From: Candidatus Saccharimonadia bacterium
GTDB taxonomy: Bacteria; Patescibacteriota; Saccharimonadia; UBA4664
NCBI GenBank assembly: GCA_041743505.1
Contig: JBGTMQ010000015.1
Span: 13,531 to 77,530, forward strand
Reading direction: 5' to 3'
Length of the DNA stretch: 64,000 nt
The first letter of the stretch is position 1; the number at the start of each line of letters is the position of its first letter. Below, one piece after another: positions 57,590-64,000 of this stretch. Below the pieces are notes generated by a model. It made no database searches. It was not told where the DNA came from and saw nothing but the letters and a program-made list of their open reading frames with translations. The position numbers were made by a program, and so were the translations under genes.

Positions 57590-58704
57590 TGGTCCCAACT
57601 TCCCGCCAGCGCCAATTGGCCGCCCTCCGCGGGCTCACCGTAGCGTCTCTCAAGATGTACTTCCGCAACCGCTCAGCCATGTTCTTCTCGTTGTTTTTCC
57701 CCATCATGTTCATCGTCATCTTCGGGCTGCTTTTCCAAAACACTACCAGCTCATTCAAGATCGACATCACCAACCGCTCCAATACCGAGCTCAGCAAGCA
57801 GTTCGAATCTGCCCTCAAGAAAATCCCGGCCTTCAAGGTCAAGTCCGTATCCGAGGAACAAGCCGCCAAGGACCTGAATAAAAACGATACCGACCTGGCC
57901 GTAACCATCCCGCCGGAATTTGGCCAAATCCGGGACGGCCGGCCTGCGCCCACGGCCGTTATCGCCCGCTACAACGAAGCCCGGCCCCAAAACGGCCAGG
58001 CCGCCGGCCAGATCATCCAGCAGCTCGCCGGCCGCTTCAACGACCAGATCACCGGCGCGCCACAGATCGTCACCGTCGAGGCCAAGGGCGTCAAAACCAA
58101 GAATCTCAGCTACATCGACTTCCTGTTACCCGGCATGGTGGCGCTGTCGATCATGCAGCTTGGCATTTTCAGCGTGGCCTTTGGCTTTATCTCGTACAAA
58201 ACCACCGGCATGCTCCGGCGGTTGCAGGCCACGCCGATCCACCCGGGCAATTTCCTGGCCGCCCAAGGCATGACCCGCCTGGTTATGGCTGTGGTTCAAA
58301 CCATACTGCTGGCCGGCATCGGCGTCTGGTTCTTTGGCTTCCATCTGAGCCCGGCCAGCTGGCTACCGTTCCTGGTGCTGGCTCTCATTGGTAGTGCCGT
58401 CTTTATGGCCATCGGCTTTGCTATCGCCGGCTGGGCCAAGAACGAAGACCAGGCCGCCCCGGTAGCGCAAATCATCCAGTTTCCCATGATGTTCCTCTCG
58501 GGCACGTTCTTCCCCCGCGACAGCTTCCCGCCTACACTGCAATACATTACCGATTACCTGCCGCTAACCTACCTGGCCGACGCCCTGCGCCATGTCGCCA
58601 ATGACGGCGCTTCGCTCTGGGTCATCCGCGACGACCTGCTCGGTCTCATTGTCTGGGGAATCATCTCCAGCTATGCCGCTATCCGCCTGTTCCGCTGGGA
58701 GTAA
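57589..58704 (+). CDS. ABC-2 family exporter permease
   Basis: 371 aa; large N-terminal extracytoplasmic loop; 6 TM. Confidence 0.8.
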   Translation: MVPTSRQRQLAALRGLTVASLKMYFRNRSAMFFSLFFPIMFIVIFGLLFQNTTSSFKIDITNRSNTELSKQFESALKKIPAFKVKSVSEEQAAKDLNKNDTDLAVTIPPEFGQIRDGRPAPTAVIARYNEARPQNGQAAGQIIQQLAGRFNDQITGAPQIVTVEAKGVKTKNLSYIDFLLPGMVALSIMQLGIFSVAFGFISYKTTGMLRRLQATPIHPGNFLAAQGMTRLVMAVVQTILLAGIGVWFFGFHLSPASWLPFLVLALIGSAVFMAIGFAIAGWAKNEDQAAPVAQIIQFPMMFLSGTFFPRDSFPPTLQYITDYLPLTYLADALRHVANDGASLWVIRDDLLGLIVWGIISSYAAIRLFRWE

Positions 58705-58758
58705 GCGGCCACAATCATGCCAGTATGCGCCCGGTCGCCAATTCTTTCAGCCCACCTA

Positions 58759-58806
58759 GTGCGTTGAGTGCAGTAAGCCTATCTGGTGACACTGCATTCA
58801 ACGCAC
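58759..58806. other. 16-bp (15/16) inverted repeat stem-loop with 16-nt loop
   Basis: gtgcgttgagtgcagt ... actgcattcaacgcac; no T-tract. Confidence 0.4.
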
Positions 58807-58953
58807 ACCCCATTAGTAAAGAAAGCCACATACCGCATAAGTCACCCACCCAATACCTTGATCTCTTCGGATTTGTTACCATTCCGTTTTTAGGATTCGT
58901 AGCTTTTGCCGGAATTAATGTATGCTTATATCTATACTGGAAGGAGAACAAAC

Positions 58954-59613
58954 GTGTCACGTGAGGCAAAAATCTTAACTGCAATTTTAGTGGTCGTCGT
59001 TGGCGGCCTGATCGGCTTGTTCGTATTAACTAACCAAGGTAGCGATACTAGTCAGACCCAGGTAGTAGATGAGAAAACGCTCATCAATGAAAACACCCAT
59101 AAAGAAGGCAGTGGGTCAGTCCAGCTGGTGGAGTTCGGCGACTACCAATGCCCGTCTTGTGGCGCCGCCCATCCCTACCTCGAGAAAATCATGGAAGACT
59201 ACGAAGGCAAGGTTACGTTCCACTTCCGCAATTTCCCGCTAGCCAACATCCACCCCAACGCCCTGGCAGCAGCCAATGCGGCTGAGGAAGCGGCTGCCTT
59301 AGGAAAATTCTGGCAGATGCACGATTTGCTCTACGAAAAGCAGCAGGAGTGGGGCACATTGCCGCGTGACCCGGCTATCGCCAAGTTCGCCGACTACGCT
59401 ACCACTATTGGCGTTGACCCAGTCAAAATCCGTGAGGCCGCCACCAACCAAACCCACAAAGAAGCCATCGACAAAGACCGGGCCGACGGCACCACCCTCG
59501 CTGTAGATTCAACCCCAACCTTCTACGTTGACGGCCGCAAAGTCGAAGCCAGTGGCGAGCAAGGCCTGCGCGACGCCATCGACAGTGCTCTCAAAGCCAA
59601 GGACAAAAAGTAG
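58954..59613 (+). CDS. DsbA-like thiol:disulfide oxidoreductase, membrane-anchored
   Basis: GTG start with AAGGAG SD; CPSC active site in a thioredoxin fold. Confidence 0.8.
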   Translation: MSREAKILTAILVVVVGGLIGLFVLTNQGSDTSQTQVVDEKTLINENTHKEGSGSVQLVEFGDYQCPSCGAAHPYLEKIMEDYEGKVTFHFRNFPLANIHPNALAAANAAEEAAALGKFWQMHDLLYEKQQEWGTLPRDPAIAKFADYATTIGVDPVKIREAATNQTHKEAIDKDRADGTTLAVDSTPTFYVDGRKVEASGEQGLRDAIDSALKAKDKK

Positions 59614-59642
59614 CCGGACCACAACGCAGTCCCAGCCGCGTC

Positions 59643-60389
59643 CTAGTGCCCGTGACCGCCGTGGGCGAGCATGGACACCACAAACATCAGCGCCGCCCCA
59701 GCAACGGTCAGCGCCAAAGTCAGGCGTGATGGATGGTCGGCGTGTGCTTCCGGCAAAATATCGCTGGCCCCAATGTACAGCAGGAATCCGGCAAAGAAGC
59801 CCAAATAAAGCAGCAGTTGCGCCTCACCCAGCTGAAACAGCAGGGTAGAGGCAGCCCCCAGCATCGGCGCCACCGCCACTAGTGCCAAAAGCTTCAACGC
59901 TCTTTTAGGCGTGTTTCGATGGGTAAGCATCAGCGCCACGGTATTAAGGCCGTCCGAGAAGTTGTGAGCAATTACCGCTATGGCCACGGCGATACCGACG
60001 CCGGCGTTTATCTGAAACGCCAAGCCGATACCAACACCGTCCAGAAAAGCATGAGCGCCCAATGCCAGCGCCGAAACCAAGCCAATCTCAGGATGTTTGT
60101 GGCCGCGTTTGTATTCATCCTCGTGAGCGCTATGTATAACCGTTAGCTTCTCCACAATATGAAACACCAAAAAGCCCGCCACCAACGCAATCATCGGTAC
60201 GGTAAAGTCGGTTTTAGTTTCTTCGGCCAGGTGGACAACCTCGGGCAGCAAATCAAAGGCAACTACACCCAACAGCACACCGGCTGTAAAGCCCAGTATG
60301 CGGTGTAGCTGGTCACGGTTTTTCAGTGCGACTAATCCGCCGGCCATAGTTGATACAAAGGTACTGAGAGCAAAAATTGCAGCAAGCAT
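59643..60389 (-). CDS. ZIP-family metal (zinc) transporter
   Basis: HNFSDGL motif; 8 TM. Confidence 0.85.
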   Translation of the reverse strand: MLAAIFALSTFVSTMAGGLVALKNRDQLHRILGFTAGVLLGVVAFDLLPEVVHLAEETKTDFTVPMIALVAGFLVFHIVEKLTVIHSAHEDEYKRGHKHPEIGLVSALALGAHAFLDGVGIGLAFQINAGVGIAVAIAVIAHNFSDGLNTVALMLTHRNTPKRALKLLALVAVAPMLGAASTLLFQLGEAQLLLYLGFFAGFLLYIGASDILPEAHADHPSRLTLALTVAGAALMFVVSMLAHGGHGH

Positions 60390-60527
60390 ATATTGGTTTC
60401 GTTAAAATTCTGATAATAACCTTACCCTAAGCGGGCCTATTCCTGCAAATTATTTGCATAAGCAGCCTTAAATGCAAAAAAATCAGTATGCTATCATATA
60501 TAAGTACAAGCTTAACAACTAATTCAA

Positions 60528-60685
60528 ATATCACGAACGCGGCGAGGGACCTAGCCCTGCGACCCGCTAGCAACCCTGGTTTATTTACCAGAAGGTGCTT
60601 CGTCTAGCCCGCCTCAACGGGAGAGATATACCACACTGTTAAGCAGTTTGGCCTTTCTCCTCGTGTACTCGTGAGAAAGGTTTTT
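60528..60685 (+). promoter_or_regulatory. SAM-I riboswitch with terminator/SD-sequestering expression platform
   Basis: P1 AUAUC/GAUAU (60528-60532/60625-60629); GAGGGA, GCCC, GCAACC; P3 CUGG-UUUAUUUA-CCAG; AAGGUGC; P4 CCCG/CGGG. Terminator cctttctc...gagaaagg + TTTTT (60653-60685) contains the metK SD. Confidence 0.75.
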
Positions 60686-61819
60686 ATGTCACAGACCAAA
60701 CTCTTTACCTCAGAATCAGTCGCCGCCGGCCACCCCGATAAAATTTGCGACCAAATCAGCGATGCCATCCTGGACGCCATGCTGGCCCAGGACCCCTACT
60801 CCCACGGCGCCGTGGAAGCGGTAGTTGGCGGAGATCATGTCTTCCTCGTGGGCGAGGTCAACACCAAGGCCAAGGTCGATTTTGCGGAGGTCGCCCGCCA
60901 GGTTATTCGAGGCCTAGGCTACACCGAGCCAAAATGGGGCTTCTCAGACCAGTCAACCATCAAGAGCATCTTGCACCAGCAGTCACCCGAAATCGCCATG
61001 GGTGTCGACGCCGAAGGCGCCGGCGACCAGGGCATGATGTTTGGCTACGCCTGCCGCGAAACCCCCGAGCTAATGCCCCTGCCCATCACGCTGGCCCATC
61101 AGCTCACCCGGAAGCTCGACCAGGTCCGCGAAAACGGCGAATCGTCCTGGCTCCGGCCCGACGGCAAGTCCCAGGTAACCGTGCGCTACGAAAACGATCA
61201 GCCGGTGGCCGTAGAAACCGTCGTTATGGCCGTCGCCCACAGCGAGGATATGTCGGCCGAACAGGTCCGTGACCTCGTCATCGCCAAAGTTATCCGCCCC
61301 GTCCTGGAGCGCTACGGCTACGAGGTCAAAGACGGCCAGATCATCATCAACGGCACCGGCCTGTGGCACATCCCTGGTCCGGAGTCAGACGCCGGCCTGA
61401 CCGGCCGCAAGATCGTTGTGGACGGCTACGGCGGCTATGCCCGGGTCGGCGGCGGCGCCTTCAGTGGCAAGGAGCCCAGCAAAGTTGACCGCTCCGGCGC
61501 CTACGCCGCCCGCTACATCGCCAAAAACATCGTCGCCGCCGGCCTGGCCGACCGCTGCGAAATGGGCCTAGCCTACGTCATCGGCCGCCCGCGCCCCGTC
61601 ATGGAGCAAATCGAAACCTTTGGCACCGCCAAGGCCAGCCAAGACGAGCTCAACAAATTCACCGCCAACCTCATCGACACCTCGGTCACCGGCATCATTA
61701 AAGCCCTCGACCTGCGCCGGCCCATCTACCAAGCCACCGCTGCCTACGGCCACTTCGGCCGCGATGAATTCCCCTGGGAGCAAGTCGTAGAGGCCAAAGT
61801 CCCCGCCGCCAAAAAATGA
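60686..61819 (+). CDS. metK: S-adenosylmethionine synthetase
   Basis: MSQTKLFTSESVAAGHPDKICDQISDA...; start trimmed to ATG 60686. Confidence 0.95.
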   Translation: MSQTKLFTSESVAAGHPDKICDQISDAILDAMLAQDPYSHGAVEAVVGGDHVFLVGEVNTKAKVDFAEVARQVIRGLGYTEPKWGFSDQSTIKSILHQQSPEIAMGVDAEGAGDQGMMFGYACRETPELMPLPITLAHQLTRKLDQVRENGESSWLRPDGKSQVTVRYENDQPVAVETVVMAVAHSEDMSAEQVRDLVIAKVIRPVLERYGYEVKDGQIIINGTGLWHIPGPESDAGLTGRKIVVDGYGGYARVGGGAFSGKEPSKVDRSGAYAARYIAKNIVAAGLADRCEMGLAYVIGRPRPVMEQIETFGTAKASQDELNKFTANLIDTSVTGIIKALDLRRPIYQATAAYGHFGRDEFPWEQVVEAKVPAAKK

Positions 61820-61938
61820 CCGCCACAAATAACACCAAAAAGAAAAGGGCCCCGTTATCATCGACAGGGCCCCAGCGTGGTCCGAAAAGAACGGGATCCT
61901 CGCTATAGATATCCAAGGCGTCCGGTTAGAGCCAAGCC

Positions 61939-62193
61939 TTACCCGTGTGCTGCCGCCTTAATCCACGCACGCCGGCTTTTAAATGCCTGCTTTAACGCAC
62001 CAAAAAAACTCGACGCAGTGCCTTCGCAGGCGTGCTGGTGCTCCTCGTGCCAGGCCCATATCCATCGGCCAGCCTCAAGCTCCTTATTCCCGGGAGTAAA
62101 CCGAAAAGTAACGGGCACATTCCCGAGGCCCATGCGACGTCCCAGCCAGGTCGGCAAGGGGATTGTCAGGTCGTCGGCCGGTTGCTCAGCCAT
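61939..62193 (-). CDS. Hypothetical small protein
   Basis: 84 aa; preferred over the Arg-rich plus-strand ORF. Confidence 0.3.
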   Translation of the reverse strand: MAEQPADDLTIPLPTWLGRRMGLGNVPVTFRFTPGNKELEAGRWIWAWHEEHQHACEGTASSFFGALKQAFKSRRAWIKAAAHG

Positions 62194-62355
62194 GACAGCA
62201 TCACATCCTTTTGTATTGTTCAGGTCGCAGGCCGGTCCCGCAAACCGCGGACATAATTATAAGCATCAGACAGTAAAAGTCAAATCCTAAACATAGAAAA
62301 GGCCCCACCGACACCGGCAAGGCCTTGAACGACCGAAAAGACATTGACACACTGC

Positions 62356-62754
62356 TTAAAACGAAATGTTCTCAGCAAAAACCGGAGTAAGGTGATGTCG
62401 GTTCCCGTCAATCATCACCAAATAGCGGTTCTGGGACGGACTCGTAGCCCGAAGAATTGCTCCCTCGCGCCAGCCGCAGCCGGTATCATACTTGATAACC
62501 TGACCATCGCGGCTCTGGTCATACGGTACAAGCTGGGTGGCGGCCAGCGTCCTCGTACCCTCATGGTAACCTTCAAGAGCCACCTGGTATTCACAGTAGT
62601 TGAGCGCGGTCCGTCGAACAATGGTGCCGGTCGCCCAGCCATTGCTGGCAGTTCGATACCAGACTCTTTGACCAGTCTGGAACCGTTGCTCAATGCAGGG
62701 AAACGGTGTACCAATTAGCGCAGACATCGTTATCCAATCAGTCGAAGGACCCAT
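62356..62754 (-). CDS. Hypothetical protein with two SH3/Tudor-knot-like repeats
   Basis: Repeats RVWYRTASNGWATGTIVRR / QVIKYDTGCGWREGAILRA. Confidence 0.4.
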   Translation of the reverse strand: MGPSTDWITMSALIGTPFPCIEQRFQTGQRVWYRTASNGWATGTIVRRTALNYCEYQVALEGYHEGTRTLAATQLVPYDQSRDGQVIKYDTGCGWREGAILRATSPSQNRYLVMIDGNRHHLTPVFAENISF

Positions 62755-62867
62755 AAGGATGAAATGCTTAACCTTATAGATATAAATATTAATACCATGT
62801 CAACTTTGATAATTCAACAATAAAACACCCCACCGACCGCAAGGTCAGTGGGGTCAAGCCAAAAAGC

Positions 62868-63071
62868 CTACCAGTCGTCGAGAATATCGTGCAGACCCCA
62901 AAAGGCGAGGCCGATGACAATCGACACGACACCTAAGACGTAGAGGGCGATCTCGGCCGTCGAGTTAACCTGATGGTAGCCGCTATAGAGGCTCCACCCG
63001 CCTCCCGCAAGGAAAACCAATCCGGCGAGAAAGCGAAGAAAGAACTCAGAGCGTGTTACATGATGCTTCAT
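62868..63071 (-). CDS. Small two-TM membrane protein
   Basis: 67 aa. Confidence 0.4.
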   Translation of the reverse strand: MKHHVTRSEFFLRFLAGLVFLAGGGWSLYSGYHQVNSTAEIALYVLGVVSIVIGLAFWGLHDILDDW

Positions 63072-63104
63072 GCATACTCCTCAGGGTCGGGAAATTCAGC
63101 GGCT

Positions 63105-63989
63105 TTATACCTTACTGAGCGTGGAGCGCTCAAGTGTCACCCGGATCCGTGAGACGTAATCAACCACTTGGCCGTACCGCCAGGCATGAATATAGCCTGG
63201 CCCCTTGGTGTCCGTGATGTCATCAAACAACACAAGCAAATCCTCGTTGCTAGCCGGCCAACCGAGGTGAATAACCCGCTTGCGCCAACCAATCGTGAAA
63301 ATCCCGTCCGGCGTGCTGACCTCAAACCAAGGGCCACGATAGCAGTCGGAACCGTAACGGTTCGTCACCGGCTTTAAGACGATGCGATGCGGTTCGTAGC
63401 CGGCCAGTTGGAATAGAACCCGGAATGTCCGCTCCTGCTCCGCGGCCAGCAAATTGCGATGGCATACCGGGTGGTAGAAGCGCCAGATATTCAAAAATGT
63501 CTCGTCGCTCTCCCGAAGCACGTAGTCGTCGGTGACTCTACACCCGCTCACAGCTAGTTCCGGCTGAATCCGGTACAGTGCATCAGTGCGCTGACTCAAG
63601 CTCGCCGTGAACTCGCCAAACGTCCGCCCGGCAAATTCAGTCAGCGGAAAGGATTGGGTCGAATAAGCCGAAACGCATTCGTATGCCTCGGCCTGGTCCC
63701 AGCTCCGCTCACACAGAGCGCACGGAATGTTCGGCTCCGGAAGACTCGCCACCGCCGCCAGCGACCGGACGATGCTAATATTTTCATTCGAATGAGCATT
63801 CGCATAAGTCCAAAACTCGGCAGCGGTAAGAACGTCCGGCATATCGGGGAAAAGCTCTCTCAAGCTCACCCCGCCTCCATCGCCCATGATGCCCAACGAG
63901 CCAAACTCATCGAGCCAGTAGCGGCTTAACACAAAGAAGTCGTGCAAGCGCTCACCATGCTGGGCAGCTTCCCGGCGCGCCTCAAGCAA
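63105..63989 (-). CDS. Hypothetical protein, N-terminus possibly beyond the window end
   Basis: 294+ aa; several Cys pairs; no recognizable domain. Confidence 0.45.
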   Translation of the reverse strand: MLEARREAAQHGERLHDFFVLSRYWLDEFGSLGIMGDGGGVSLRELFPDMPDVLTAAEFWTYANAHSNENISIVRSLAAVASLPEPNIPCALCERSWDQAEAYECVSAYSTQSFPLTEFAGRTFGEFTASLSQRTDALYRIQPELAVSGCRVTDDYVLRESDETFLNIWRFYHPVCHRNLLAAEQERTFRVLFQLAGYEPHRIVLKPVTNRYGSDCYRGPWFEVSTPDGIFTIGWRKRVIHLGWPASNEDLLVLFDDITDTKGPGYIHAWRYGQVVDYVSRIRVTLERSTLSKV

Positions 63990-64000
63990 AGCCCGGAAGC

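Noticed and set aside
60390-60520. Zur/Fur-type metalloregulator box upstream of the ZIP transporter
   Set aside because: An AT-rich GATAAT-containing stretch is present but has no convincing dyad.

Overview
The window is gene-dense (about 80 CDS, mean about 0.8 kb) with moderate-to-high GC, strong C/G bias at codon third positions, and many genes whose -10 box sits 6-8 nt upstream of the start codon (leaderless mRNAs). The organism cannot be named from sequence alone. Gene content (RRM RNA-binding protein, VanW-like and PGPGW proteins, multiple NUDIX hydrolases, SAM-I riboswitch on metK, a PafA/Dop-family gene, short average gene length) fits a small-genome Terrabacteria-type lineage, either Actinobacteria-like or CPR/Saccharibacteria-like.

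Main blocks, in order:
- A cell-surface glycan modification locus: a flippase-like membrane domain fused to an APH-type kinase, GtrA, a GT2 glycosyltransferase and a LicC-like nucleotidyltransferase.
- A long minus-strand dTDP-rhamnose operon (rmlB, an SDR paralog, rmlD, rmlA) interleaved with two NUDIX genes, a PD40 beta-propeller surface protein, a cupin and two tandem IMPase-family phosphatases. It is divergent from glmS across a 486-bp region carrying two copies of a 17-bp palindrome.
- vanW-like, then a stand-alone PafA/Dop-family (Pup-ligase family) gene, then lexA and a small co-transcribed ORF.
- Transport genes: several ABC-2 exporter pairs, a tandem pair of CNNM/CorC transporters, VIT1, ZIP, and a VKOR plus DsbA-like pair.
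- tRNA-Asn(GTT), flanked by a textbook leader-peptide transcription attenuator upstream of an unknown gene.
- An RRM protein followed by a candidate about 125-nt sRNA.
- A partial F-type ATP synthase operon (b, delta, alpha, gamma, beta, epsilon) with no a or c subunit genes. It is preceded by an unusual 279-aa membrane protein.
- RdgB/HAM1 followed by a secreted prokaryotic-type phospholipase A2.
- A SAM-I riboswitch upstream of metK.

No CRISPR array, transposase, integrase or rRNA was seen. Every call below is from reading the sequence and ORF translations and recalling family motifs; no database search was run.
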